IMG/VR virus record: IMGVR_UViG_3300021962_000103
Location: 1-62,113 of that record
Origin: a virus
Taxonomy: Duplodnaviria > Caudoviricetes
Reading direction: 5' to 3' (one strand)
Length of the DNA: 62,113 nucleotides
The notes below the pieces were generated by a model. The model had not been told where the DNA came from. It did not search any database and saw nothing but the letters and a program-made list of their open reading frames with translations. Made by a program: the position numbers and the translations under genes. How positions within the stretch are numbered: position 1 is the stretch's first letter; every line of letters starts with the position of its first letter. This document shows positions 39,272 to 48,665 of this stretch, piece after piece.

Positions 39272-40657
39272 CTATTTTTTAATTGTTTCTAATCGTAATA
39301 TTTCTTCTTTAATTTTAATGTTATATGGATTCCAAGTTATATTATCCAATAACCATTTTCTATAATAAGGTGGTATAGATGCAACTGGTTTGTTTTTATA
39401 TTTACCAAATGTCATATATACCTTTTGTATTTCTCCTTCTTCGTTTACTTGTTCTGCAAGATTTACTCCACCCTCCAAGTGTAATCCTATCTCGTGAATA
39501 GGTACGCCGGTAATCTTCTTCTTATTCTCTCCATAGAGTTCCCATGTTCCATCTTCATCCTCTTTGTAGTACAAATCCTCTACCTTACCAAATCTATCCA
39601 CAGAGCCCACGAAATCAACTACAATACAATCTTTCTTATTATTGTGGATACGAGTACCCCTTCCAACAAACTGATACCACCATGAGATTGATGCAGTTGG
39701 TCTACCACTAATTAAACAATCCAATTCGGGATAGTCAAATCCTACGGTTAGAACATTTACTTGTACGATAACTCTGATTTGTTGATTTCTAAATTCCTCA
39801 ATGATTCTATCTCGTTCATCTTTTGGAGTTCCACCATGAACTACTGCTGCTTGTGGAATCTTTCTTGCAAGATTGGTTGCTTGTTCTATGGTTGGTACGG
39901 CAACAAGAATAGATTTTCTATCATGAAGTTCGTGTACCTTTTTAACAATCTTATCACCAATGTTTTGATTCTCATAAGCACGGGCAATAGAATCGGATGT
40001 GTATTCTGCTCCACTTGAATTATAAACAAGAGCACCAGTATCAAAATCATAGGATTGGTAAACAAGAGGAGTCCAATATCCTAACTTGACAATATCTTGA
40101 ATTTGGGAAACATGAAGGATGTGTTTAAAGAATGCACCTTTACTTGAACGATTGGTTAACATAACCAATTTTGAGTAAGGGCCAGTATCACCCATGTTAG
40201 ATTGAAGTTTCAATGGAGTTGCAGTTAATCCAAGAATATGAGTTGCTTTCATAGCATCTATAAACCTTCTTAACTGACCTGATTTTTCTCGTGGGTATCT
40301 ATCACACTCATCTATGATAATTTTAGTTACACCCATTTCTCTGAACTTGTGTGCAATGTTAATGATAGAACCGATGGTTGCATAAGTAACATCACCCAAT
40401 TCTTTACTTCCCATTGAAGCAGAATAGATTGATGCAGAACCACCAAAGAAAATAAATTTATTATAGTTTTGTTCTAATAATTCTTTTGATGGTTGGAGTA
40501 CGATAACCTTTTCACCTATACCTTTTGCTATATGTGCAATAACAATCGATTTACCGAATGCAGTAGGTGCAACGATAATCGATGGTGCCATTTTTGGTAA
40601 TTTAAAAAATTCAATACCAATGGTAACTGGTTCAACTTGGTTTTCTCGTAACTTCAC
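39272..40657 (-). CDS. SF2 helicase (RadD/YejH-like) with C-terminal MTFGKYK module
   Basis: LRENQ; APTAFGKS; IIIDECD; GLTATP; LTVGFDYP; QFVGRGTR; MTFGKYKNKPVASIPPYY. Confidence 0.9.
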   Translation of the reverse strand: MKLRENQVEPVTIGIEFFKLPKMAPSIIVAPTAFGKSIVIAHIAKGIGEKVIVLQPSKELLEQNYNKFIFFGGSASIYSASMGSKELGDVTYATIGSIINIAHKFREMGVTKIIIDECDRYPREKSGQLRRFIDAMKATHILGLTATPLKLQSNMGDTGPYSKLVMLTNRSSKGAFFKHILHVSQIQDIVKLGYWTPLVYQSYDFDTGALVYNSSGAEYTSDSIARAYENQNIGDKIVKKVHELHDRKSILVAVPTIEQATNLARKIPQAAVVHGGTPKDERDRIIEEFRNQQIRVIVQVNVLTVGFDYPELDCLISGRPTASISWWYQFVGRGTRIHNNKKDCIVVDFVGSVDRFGKVEDLYYKEDEDGTWELYGENKKKITGVPIHEIGLHLEGGVNLAEQVNEEGEIQKVYMTFGKYKNKPVASIPPYYRKWLLDNITWNPYNIKIKEEILRLETIKK

Positions 40658-40869
40658 AATTTATATTTAGTTCGGTACTTTTGTTCAAAAGACCTCCCAA
40701 TTCCAATCTCTAATATTTCGTGTTCATTTGGTATTAAGGGTTTTCTTTTATTCGAATCAATAATATCATCAACCCTTGTATTAGTAAATATTTCAATTTG
40801 TATTTTTGAGTTTTTTCTCGGACCTCTATGAACAACTACTACATCGAGCATTCGATTCATATTACTCAT
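40654..40869 (-). CDS. Hypothetical protein
   Basis: ORF track; 4-bp overlap with the helicase. Confidence 0.55.
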   Translation of the reverse strand: MSNMNRMLDVVVVHRGPRKNSKIQIEIFTNTRVDDIIDSNKRKPLIPNEHEILEIGIGRSFEQKYRTKYKL

Positions 40870-40870
40870 A

Positions 40871-41008
40871 CTATAATGTTAAGTTATATAATAGTAGTCC
40901 AATCATTATAATAACTAACCCTCCGAATGCATATGCAGCAAGCATCTCATTTGATTCTTGTTGTCTTTTACTTCTACCTTGACGGTATTTTATATCTTCT
41001 TGATTCAT
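40871..41008 (-). CDS. Small membrane protein (45 aa)
   Basis: MNQEDIKYRQGRSKRQQESNEMLAAYAFGGLVIIMIGLLLYNLTL; fills intergenic gap. Confidence 0.6.
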   Translation of the reverse strand: MNQEDIKYRQGRSKRQQESNEMLAAYAFGGLVIIMIGLLLYNLTL

Positions 41009-41014
41009 AACTTA

Positions 41015-41914
41015 TTATTTTAAAAATGGTAATATTGCTAATTCTTTGGCCTTGGCCTCTACCATAATATCAACATCAATACCGTATGTGTTTGGTAACT
41101 CATTGATATAATCAGAATGTGCCTGGTCTTTTAGTTTTGAATTGTTCTCATGTAAAGATTTAGATTCTGAATAATGAACAATTGGTTTGATACCTTGTGG
41201 CCAAGTACTTACGGCCAACGATAGGGCCTGTTCTTCGGTGAGTCCCCCCGTCTGAAACTTATGATGGTGGTAATCAAAAACAATAGGTATGCCAATTTTC
41301 TCATGGATATACATTAAATCTTTTACACTATACATAGTGGCCTTATCATCATTCTCAACGGTCAATCGTGATTTTACTGAATCGGATAATCGTTGGAAGT
41401 TTTCACAAAATCTATCCATGGCAGAAATCTTATCACCATACACACCATTACAATGAATGTTAATCTTGTTGTAAGGAGTACGAGATAAACCTAACATATC
41501 AAATATCTTACCATGAATCTCTAAATCAGTAATTGTGTTTTGTACTACTTTCTCGTTGGGAGATACAAGTACATTGAAAGGACCAGGATGACAGGTAATA
41601 CGAATACCATGTTTCTTGGCAAAGATACCACATGCTTGTAATACGGTCTCAATTCGTTTGTAGTATGGAGAATTTTCTATACCATACTCGGATGCCCAAG
41701 GGAACATATCAGATGATAAACGAAATACTTTGATATTGTTCTGAACATTCCATTCTAATATCTTGAATAAATCTAATGAGTTTTGTAATCCTAACTCACC
41801 TGCGTATTCAATACCTTTCTCGTTAAAGGTTTTCTTAACCATAGAACGATTGGTAGTAACCTTGGGTTTTTGAGAACCAAGAGTCATATTAATACATGCA
41901 TAACCTAAATTCAT
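41015..41914 (-). CDS. uvsE: UV DNA damage endonuclease
   Basis: LGYACIN; FRLSSDMFPW; HPGPFNVL; INIH; LTVENDD; FDYHHH; HYSE; AHSD; MVEAKAKELA. Confidence 0.93.
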   Translation of the reverse strand: MNLGYACINMTLGSQKPKVTTNRSMVKKTFNEKGIEYAGELGLQNSLDLFKILEWNVQNNIKVFRLSSDMFPWASEYGIENSPYYKRIETVLQACGIFAKKHGIRITCHPGPFNVLVSPNEKVVQNTITDLEIHGKIFDMLGLSRTPYNKINIHCNGVYGDKISAMDRFCENFQRLSDSVKSRLTVENDDKATMYSVKDLMYIHEKIGIPIVFDYHHHKFQTGGLTEEQALSLAVSTWPQGIKPIVHYSESKSLHENNSKLKDQAHSDYINELPNTYGIDVDIMVEAKAKELAILPFLK

Positions 41915-41941
41915 AATTGTGTAGTTTTAAATTTTATACTA

Positions 41942-41973
41942 CAAATATACAAAAAATATTTCACATTACCAAA
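41942..41973 (-). promoter_or_regulatory. Bacteroidota housekeeping sigma promoter
   Basis: TTTG-N20-TATATTTG. Confidence 0.75.
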
Positions 41974-41975
41974 TT

Positions 41976-42308
41976 TTAAAGAGAAAAACTTTCACCACAT
42001 CCACAAGTTCTACTTGCATTAGGATTCACCCACTCAAATCCTTTACCGTTTAATCCGGTTGAATATGTTAATTCAGTACCGGCAAGATAAAGAACCGATT
42101 TATAATCTATGAGTACTTTTAATCCATCTCCTACTTCCACAACTTCATCGTATTCGGTTTTGCTATCATCAAAATCCATTACATATGAAAGACCAGAACA
42201 CCCTCCACCCTTTACACCAACTCTCAAATAATGAGTATCGGGAGTTATACCTTCTTCCATCATCAATCCAATAAGATGATTTAGTGCTGTTCTTGAAACT
42301 GTTACCAT
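41976..42308 (-). CDS. iscA: A-type Fe-S cluster carrier (IscA/SufA/HesB family)
   Basis: LRVGVKGGGCSGLSY; NPNASRTCGCGESF. Confidence 0.92.
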   Translation of the reverse strand: MVTVSRTALNHLIGLMMEEGITPDTHYLRVGVKGGGCSGLSYVMDFDDSKTEYDEVVEVGDGLKVLIDYKSVLYLAGTELTYSTGLNGKGFEWVNPNASRTCGCGESFSL

Positions 42309-43571
42309 TTAATAAGTTTTTGAATTAAAATCAGTTGGGTATTTTTGTTGTTTTTTATATTCCTCTACTGCACTTTGATTTCCACCTTGGAACTTAATCC
42401 AATAATCAATTGCCTTTCTATCATTAATCCATCTTTCAGATTTTTTCCAATCAAACCAAGGATGTAAGAAATATGGTTTACCCTCAAATGGCGATTTCCA
42501 TCCACCATTTTCATATGCAATTCTTAATTCTTCTTCGGATATTTTACCGTCTCCATCTAAATCCATTGCTCGTTCTTCATCTGAAATGATTCCATCACCA
42601 TCTACATCTAAACCACTTTCATCTAAAGTATCTAACCCATCATTAAGAGTCACATCCCAATCATCGTACAACCCATCTTCCTCATCGGCCTTCATCATTT
42701 CTACAAGAAGTTCTCGTTGGGTTTCTTTATCTGGTTCTTCACCATAGAGTTCTCTCTTTTGAACAACTTTCTTTTTATCCTCCTCACCTTTATCAACTTT
42801 CATTGCGTTGTTAAATGCAACTACAAGTGCAACGGCAAGTGGGTCAAACACAAATATGATAATAAGAATAAACCAGTTGATGATTACATCCATTGGTTTA
42901 CCTAACAACCCACTCAAGTATTCTAATGGTCCTAATTCAGAACCAACCTCGGTGTTTGTATCTATTTGTAGAATTTGTAATTGAATTGATTGTAAGGAAT
43001 CAGCAGCAACCTGTCTTTTAGATTGTACTTCCTTTCTATTCTTTTCTTCTTCAGTAATACGAGATTGTGCAGCTCTAAGTTCTGCAGTTGATACCGTGTT
43101 TCTTATATTACCATCTGAATCTTTATATTGTATTTGTTGTGATTTAGCAGATGATAGAGTAGAAATGTTTTCTGAGATTCTTTCCAACTCTTTATCATAA
43201 CGAGTTACATCACTTTCCCAAAACTTTTCTTTTTGTTGTAGGAATACTTTTTCTTTAGATGTTACCGAATAAGTTTTGAATGTATCTTGGAATGCAGAAG
43301 TTAAGAATCCATAGATACCTAATGATGTTATTAATACTAACACCAAGGTTGCACCCAATAGATACATTCGGAATCCTTTGTTAATTTTTTCCCAATAGTT
43401 ATAAAGATAACCCGCAACAATAAGTTTGGCCAATTCTAAAGAAGAGGCCATTAATATTACAGAAAGGGAAGCACCAGCAAATAATTTAGCCAAACCAGTT
43501 ACCGAAAAGAATGCGGCATTGAATGCGATAAATAATGCTGATAACCCTAATAATAGAGTTCTTAATTTCAT
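42309..43571 (-). CDS. Membrane protein with coiled coil and EF-hand-like DxDGDG loops
   Basis: N-terminal TMs, ELGPL..Y, IIFVFDPLAVAL; DVDGDGIISDEE and DLDGDGKISEEE. Confidence 0.7.
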   Translation of the reverse strand: MKLRTLLLGLSALFIAFNAAFFSVTGLAKLFAGASLSVILMASSLELAKLIVAGYLYNYWEKINKGFRMYLLGATLVLVLITSLGIYGFLTSAFQDTFKTYSVTSKEKVFLQQKEKFWESDVTRYDKELERISENISTLSSAKSQQIQYKDSDGNIRNTVSTAELRAAQSRITEEEKNRKEVQSKRQVAADSLQSIQLQILQIDTNTEVGSELGPLEYLSGLLGKPMDVIINWFILIIIFVFDPLAVALVVAFNNAMKVDKGEEDKKKVVQKRELYGEEPDKETQRELLVEMMKADEEDGLYDDWDVTLNDGLDTLDESGLDVDGDGIISDEERAMDLDGDGKISEEELRIAYENGGWKSPFEGKPYFLHPWFDWKKSERWINDRKAIDYWIKFQGGNQSAVEEYKKQQKYPTDFNSKTY

Positions 43572-43572
43572 T

Positions 43573-43752
43573 TTATGATATATCCACTATCTCTTGGATA
43601 TTCTCCAGTCCTCGTAGAATTTCTCGTAAATACTTTTCGGCAATTTGTGGGTCAGATGGTCTTTCACCATTCATCATTCCAAGTAAAACTTTGGTTCTAC
43701 TTTCCAATGAACTAATTGTATCACCTACTCGTTGTTTGTAAACATCTTTCAT
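43573..43752 (-). CDS. Hypothetical protein (59 aa)
   Basis: Start re-assigned to MKDVYKQ, downstream of the terminator and the ATATTTATA motif at 43776. Confidence 0.6.
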   Translation of the reverse strand: MKDVYKQRVGDTISSLESRTKVLLGMMNGERPSDPQIAEKYLREILRGLENIQEIVDIS

Positions 43753-43792
43753 AATTATAGAGTTTGTTATATGAATATAAATATTAAAGTAT

Positions 43793-43821
43793 AAAAAAAG
43801 GGTGGTTTTTATCCCACCCTT
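43793..43821 (-). terminator. Intrinsic terminator after Hsp20
   Basis: aagggtgg...ccaccctt hairpin with A-run. Confidence 0.7.
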
Positions 43822-43843
43822 CAAAAAATACAAGTTGAAAAAA

Positions 43844-44221
43844 TTAATAAGAGATTCTGAGAGTTTTACTTTTTCTTTCGATTTTTTTATCAATTAACAA
43901 AGTTAATAAACCGTTTTCAAATTTGGCATCTGTCTTAGTTCCATCATAATCAGTACCAACGGTTAGAGTTAAATTAACATCTTTAACAAAACGAGAAGTA
44001 CCTTCTCCCTTTGTTGCTTTGATTGTGATTTCATCTTCGGTTGCTTCCAAGGTAATATCCTTTGGATTATGACCAAGAGTGTTAATAGTTACTTTTTGTT
44101 TTCCATCCTCTTGAACTTCCACTTCAAATGAATTGTAGTTTGAAAATCTACGAGTAGGGGTTGTAAATGAATCTTTTGCTAGTTCATTAAATAATCTGTC
44201 AAAAGTTGTTAATGTGTACAT
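43844..44221 (-). CDS. Small heat-shock protein (Hsp20/alpha-crystallin)
   Basis: LGHNPKDITLE; AKFENGLLTLLI. Confidence 0.85.
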   Translation of the reverse strand: MYTLTTFDRLFNELAKDSFTTPTRRFSNYNSFEVEVQEDGKQKVTINTLGHNPKDITLEATEDEITIKATKGEGTSRFVKDVNLTLTVGTDYDGTKTDAKFENGLLTLLIDKKIERKSKTLRISY

Positions 44222-44289
44222 AGTTTTTTCCTTTTTTTAGTTAAACATTTATACTATAAGTTACAATTTATATACCACTCGATATTTTA

Positions 44290-44333
44290 TGACATTATGT
44301 CAGTATTTTTTAAATACCAATGACAAATTGTCA
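44290..44333. promoter_or_regulatory. Two TGACA-N3-TGTCA palindromes upstream of Hsp20
   Basis: TGACATTATGTCA 44290-44302 and TGACAAATTGTCA 44321-44333, 31 bp apart. Confidence 0.7.
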
Positions 44334-44675
44334 TTATTCATATATTTCTCTCTTGGTTAATGCCCTATAAAGAATTTCTATTTCTTCTTCTGATTGACAA
44401 AATCCCAATCCCAATGATTCTTCTAACTCAACAAAGTATTGACCTTTGGGTAATCCTATTTGTTTGTATTCATCGTTACAATTAGAAATAAGTTTTAAAC
44501 AATCCTCATCGGGGTTATCTTTAGGGAGTGGTAACATATAGTAATAATATACATATGTTTCACCTTCCTCATCCTCATCTTCTTCTATTTCTTCTACCTT
44601 AAACCAACCTTGTTTTTCAAAGGTATCTTCGGTGATAGGAGTTTCGGGAAATTCTATAATATCTTCATTAATCAT
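44334..44675 (-). CDS. Hypothetical acidic protein
   Basis: ORF track. Confidence 0.6.
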   Translation of the reverse strand: MINEDIIEFPETPITEDTFEKQGWFKVEEIEEDEDEEGETYVYYYYMLPLPKDNPDEDCLKLISNCNDEYKQIGLPKGQYFVELEESLGLGFCQSEEEIEILYRALTKREIYE

Positions 44676-45184
44676 TCTAAAACTATTTTAATTGTTTGTC
44701 TGATATTCCATTCATTAACCTTACAATCAACCACCAATGTATCAGTTCTCATACTATAAATTGGTGCGATGACTGTATTGATTTCACCATCAGTACCAAC
44801 ATACGATGCCGTATTAATTGTTGGAACTAACACATCTTTCCAATTTGTTAATGGGGGTAAATTTACATAAGTAAGTTCACCAGTAAAATAATTGATATAG
44901 GTTTTAGTTATTTCTGCAACAACTTGTCCCTTTAATAACCACCAATATAAATTACTTTCCCATTCTACTTTAGTTGGTTCGTATGTGTTAGAAACTCTAC
45001 CAGTAATACGATGTATTGTTTGATTAGAAGTTGGGTTTAGTTTTAAGTGGTAGTACCCATTATTATCCATAGGTAACCTACCATCCAATTCTAATCTAAG
45101 TTCTGATTGTAAAGGTAATAACTCTTCTTTCTCACAAGAAGTTAAAAAGAGTATTACAATAAGTAATCTAAAATACTTTCCCAT
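44672..45184 (-). CDS. Lipoprotein
   Basis: Lipobox LFLTS-C followed by EKEE (Bacteroidota surface-export-like signal). Confidence 0.7.
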   Translation of the reverse strand: MGKYFRLLIVILFLTSCEKEELLPLQSELRLELDGRLPMDNNGYYHLKLNPTSNQTIHRITGRVSNTYEPTKVEWESNLYWWLLKGQVVAEITKTYINYFTGELTYVNLPPLTNWKDVLVPTINTASYVGTDGEINTVIAPIYSMRTDTLVVDCKVNEWNIRQTIKIVLE

Positions 45185-45633
45185 GTTGGATATTTTCCAG
45201 TTTTACCATTTTCGTAATTTACTCCGAACTGAAGTAATTCACCTTTGAACTCACCGGCACCATTCTTAGTTCTATCATCAATTAGGTAATCACCCAACAA
45301 CAAATCCTTTCGGTGAGTAATGAACATTTTCTTGTGGAATAGATTTCCAAAGTAATCTTCAATCCAAAATCTCTTATCCATTGCTGCCATCGGGTTTCCC
45401 CATGGTGCAGCAGTTGCAATAAACAATTCATACTTACCACTCTCATGTAGTTTTTTGATGGCCTCTATCGCTCCCTCCATTGGTGGAGCGTTTCGGAACA
45501 AACCTTGAATGTGGTCGGGGTGTGATTTATATCGTTCTACTAAGTGTGGGTGTTGTGTGAAGAAGTTTTCTATGGCCTTACCGAAGTTCACAATAACTCC
45601 ATCCATATCGATGTAAACAATTTTTTTAGTCAT
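45154..45633 (-). CDS. 5'(3')-deoxyribonucleotidase (NT5C, HAD family)
   Basis: YIDMDGVIVNF; THRKDLLLGDYLIDDR. Confidence 0.9.
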   Translation of the reverse strand: MTKKIVYIDMDGVIVNFGKAIENFFTQHPHLVERYKSHPDHIQGLFRNAPPMEGAIEAIKKLHESGKYELFIATAAPWGNPMAAMDKRFWIEDYFGNLFHKKMFITHRKDLLLGDYLIDDRTKNGAGEFKGELLQFGVNYENGKTGKYPTWESILDYLL

Positions 45634-45661
45634 TTTCTTTTCTTTATCTCTTATTACATAG

Positions 45662-45693
45662 TAAATATACGAAATTATTTTCTATTTTCCAAA
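45662..45693 (-). promoter_or_regulatory. Bacteroidota-type promoter variant
   Basis: TTTG-N20-TATATTTA followed by CTATGTAATAA. Confidence 0.65.
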
Positions 45694-46953
45694 TGTAATC
45701 ATAGTTTTTTTCCAAACTCCATTAACTTTTTTTAGTGCATTGTAGTTTCCATTATGATAATTTTCTGCAACAATTTCATCTTGACCATCTCCATCTAAAT
45801 CATCAAATTTAAATAGTGTCCATCCTTGAAAATCTTTTTCACCATTTATATAATTACCATCTAATGATTCTTTAAATATCTCCTCATCTTTGGTGAATGA
45901 TAAGTTTGTGTTATAATACAAAGTAAGTTTGGTTTTTAAATATTGTGGGTCTTGTGAACCATCGGGCAATCCACCAACAAATGCTAACTCAACTAAATCC
46001 AAGTCACCATCTGAATCAATATCAATTATTTCAAAATCTTGAACATCGGTAAAAGATGGTTTTGGTAAGTAAACAACTCGATTTGAATTATCAAATTTGC
46101 CTTGATTATTTAATACAATTGCAGCTCGTTCATCATGAGGACCTCTCAATATCAAATCATTCCAGCCATCCTTATCCATATCAACAATTTCATAAGTAAG
46201 TATATCTCTAACAAACGGTAGGTTATTCATTTCTATTGTTTTTGTAAAGTTTCCTTTACCATCACCGTACCAAATAAATGTAGCCGTAATTACATCAACA
46301 AACCCATCACCATTTAAATCTCCTGCGGCTCCATTATAGAACCAATAATCAGTTGGATTCGGAATTGTTTTTATATCAAATTTACCATTTGAATTTCCAA
46401 TCAATACCGTAAAATTACCACCGTATGGTCTTTCGATAATACCCAATACAATATAATCTGTAATCCCATCATTATTTATATCAGTTTTTAAAATCTTATA
46501 TGCATGGATTCCATCAGTTGATTGATTGAAGTATTCGGTTGTACTTGTAAAATGAAAATTATCTCCCTTATTTATATACCAAGCTAACTTAACATCTCCA
46601 TCATTTATGTGATATGTCATTAATATATCTTGGTGTCCATCATTATTAATATCTGCATATGCATGTCCATTACCATAATATCCTTGAGTTGTTCGTTCTC
46701 GGTTATCGATGATTGGGTTATAATCATAAAAATCATTTGACCAACTGAAGAACATACCACTGCGTTGATTTAAATAAGATTCTTTATGAAGTGGGTATGG
46801 TTTTGAATTTGTTGTGGAAGTTGTTGGTGGTAAATTTATTTTAGTGGTATCTTTTTGTATCAATTCCATTTGTTCTTCCATCTCAAGGAAGATTTCATCT
46901 TTTGAACAAGAAGCAAGTAATAAAATACTTGCAATAAATAATAATTTTTTCAT
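45682..46953 (-). CDS. Lipoprotein with FG-GAP/VCBS repeats (beta-propeller)
   Basis: LLAS-C-SKDE lipobox; repeats ADINNDGHQDI, DINNDGITDY, GDLNGDGFVDV, DMDKDGWNDL, DIDSDGDLDL, DLDGDGQDEI. Confidence 0.88.
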   Translation of the reverse strand: MKKLLFIASILLLASCSKDEIFLEMEEQMELIQKDTTKINLPPTTSTTNSKPYPLHKESYLNQRSGMFFSWSNDFYDYNPIIDNRERTTQGYYGNGHAYADINNDGHQDILMTYHINDGDVKLAWYINKGDNFHFTSTTEYFNQSTDGIHAYKILKTDINNDGITDYIVLGIIERPYGGNFTVLIGNSNGKFDIKTIPNPTDYWFYNGAAGDLNGDGFVDVITATFIWYGDGKGNFTKTIEMNNLPFVRDILTYEIVDMDKDGWNDLILRGPHDERAAIVLNNQGKFDNSNRVVYLPKPSFTDVQDFEIIDIDSDGDLDLVELAFVGGLPDGSQDPQYLKTKLTLYYNTNLSFTKDEEIFKESLDGNYINGEKDFQGWTLFKFDDLDGDGQDEIVAENYHNGNYNALKKVNGVWKKTMITFGK

Positions 46954-46964
46954 TCTTTTAAATT

Positions 46965-47150
46965 TTAATTTTCGTATCGTTTAAATCCATGTATGATTGT
47001 TCTTCCCGAAGGATTATCAATCCCTTCTAATTGGGATTCTCTTTGGGTAATCATAACTTTTGTTAAATCTAATAGTTCTTTGTCCTCTACTTTTTTCAAC
47101 CAATCGGTAAACAAGTAGGTCAGTAATTTACTTTTAATTGCGTTTATCAT
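46965..47150 (-). CDS. Hypothetical protein
   Basis: Start re-assigned to MINAIK downstream of promoter. Confidence 0.55.
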   Translation of the reverse strand: MINAIKSKLLTYLFTDWLKKVEDKELLDLTKVMITQRESQLEGIDNPSGRTIIHGFKRYEN

Positions 47151-47174
47151 ATTAAGTGTTTTAAAGTTTACATA

Positions 47175-47206
47175 CAAATATAAGAAAAAAATTTGAATCT
47201 ACCAAA
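47175..47206 (-). promoter_or_regulatory. Bacteroidota housekeeping sigma promoter
   Basis: TTTG-N20-TATATTTG. Confidence 0.75.
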
Positions 47207-47210
47207 TTTT

Positions 47211-47435
47211 TTATCTATAAAGTGTTACAAATGAACCGAAGTTCTTATCAAATGTTTTGATTAGATTTTCATAATCACCACTTCTCATATTTCTGAGGAT
47301 GATTTCTATCTCATCGGAATCCAACCCAAGTTGTCTACCAAGTTTACTTGCCGTTCCTAATAGGAAGAAGGCGTTACCTTGAGGTCCTGTCAAATCAATC
47401 TCAATTCCTTTTGTTTGTTCTTTCTTTAGTATCAT
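47211..47435 (-). CDS. Conserved phage hypothetical protein
   Basis: IEIDLTGPQGNAFFLLG...MRSGDYENLI; start re-assigned to MILKKE. Confidence 0.7.
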   Translation of the reverse strand: MILKKEQTKGIEIDLTGPQGNAFFLLGTASKLGRQLGLDSDEIEIILRNMRSGDYENLIKTFDKNFGSFVTLYR

Positions 47436-47457
47436 ATTTTCAATCTTTATTACATAG

Positions 47458-47489
47458 TAAATATACAAAAAAAAGTCGAGATTACCAAA
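47458..47489 (-). promoter_or_regulatory. Bacteroidota-type promoter variant
   Basis: TTTG-N20-TATATTTA followed by CTATGTAATAA, same as 45662. Confidence 0.65.
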
Positions 47490-47516
47490 TATTTTATGAA
47501 GTATTTTAAAAAAAAA

Positions 47517-47543
47517 ATAACTCATTGGTTATCAATGAGTTAT
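47517..47543. repeat. Perfect 11-bp inverted repeat (terminator or recombinase-type site)
   Basis: ATAACTCATTG-gttat-CAATGAGTTAT immediately after the last gene of the modification operon. Confidence 0.8.
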
Positions 47544-47549
47544 ATATTA

Positions 47550-48665
47550 TTAATGAATCTTACTAAGAAAATGATTTTCCAAGATATCAATCATTCTATT
47601 GCTTTTTATTAAATTTTCATAGTTCCACTCACAACTTCTTTTTATATTATCGTGGTTGTATATAAATGATAATTTAATAGCAGCATTAATAACCGAATCA
47701 ATATCGGTACAATCATATTCACCAATCAAATCATCAAAAGTGGTAAAACCAAAATTTTGTAATTGGTTTAAATGCATTTTTGTACCATATATAACAAATG
47801 GTCTTTTTAAATAAATTGGTTTAATTGTTTTTTCGGTAATGTGAGTTGGTGAATCGCCATGATTCGTTTCAATTACAATATTAACTTTTGAATCATAATA
47901 CCATTTTGGATTTATTGTGTAAAGATGTTGGTCTGCCGTATCTAATTCTGCACCATACATCACATCATCTTCTAATTGTATTGATTGAAAGTTATCAACA
48001 TCAATATTCAACTCCTTAACCAAAGATGAATTTCGCATCAAATTTGGATTTGTTTTATTTGCAACCAACGATAAATTAGTATAAGATAATAAACCTCGTT
48101 CTGATAATCTATTTACAAAATTAAACTTATGTATATGGACTCTTCTATTTAAGCAAAGAAAATCTTTTGTAGGTGTAATATCATTATATTCTGATAAATT
48201 TGTAATATATTCTTTCATTTTAAGTGGTGTTGCTAAAATAAAATGAGGAAAATATAAATGTTTTATTTGGTGATATCCATATTGAATAGTTCTTGGTTTA
48301 GAGGATGCATTTGTTACTAAAAAAAATCTATTAAAATTTAAATTTATATTTTTTAATTTATTTAAAAATATTATTCGTTCTTCATCTATAAAGTCATTAG
48401 CCTCGGTAGAATAATCTGCCAAAAAATAAAATCCTAATTTATTTAAGTCATCTAATAAATTTAAAAAACTATCCGTATTTGTTTTGTGTTCTAAATTTAT
48501 AGATACACTCGTTTCCCAAAAAAATATTATAATATTTTTATCTTTAGGATTCACATAATCCTTATTAAATTCTTGAAACGAAATATTACAATACGTTTCT
48601 ATCAATCCCTGTATTCCCGTACCACCTATTAGTGGGTGATACCAAAATTTAATTCCACTTATCAT
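47550..48665 (-). CDS. Glycosyltransferase-like hypothetical protein
   Basis: KDFLCLNRR..H; IVIET...HITEKTIKPI...PFVIYG...GFTTF. Confidence 0.5.
   Translation of the reverse strand: MISGIKFWYHPLIGGTGIQGLIETYCNISFQEFNKDYVNPKDKNIIIFFWETSVSINLEHKTNTDSFLNLLDDLNKLGFYFLADYSTEANDFIDEERIIFLNKLKNINLNFNRFFLVTNASSKPRTIQYGYHQIKHLYFPHFILATPLKMKEYITNLSEYNDITPTKDFLCLNRRVHIHKFNFVNRLSERGLLSYTNLSLVANKTNPNLMRNSSLVKELNIDVDNFQSIQLEDDVMYGAELDTADQHLYTINPKWYYDSKVNIVIETNHGDSPTHITEKTIKPIYLKRPFVIYGTKMHLNQLQNFGFTTFDDLIGEYDCTDIDSVINAAIKLSFIYNHDNIKRSCEWNYENLIKSNRMIDILENHFLSKIH

Noticed and set aside
43753-43893. Long N-terminal extensions given by the ORF track (also 47436..47525, 52434..52490, 61186..61200)
   Set aside because: They run through promoters, terminators or upstream ORFs; downstream ATGs fit better
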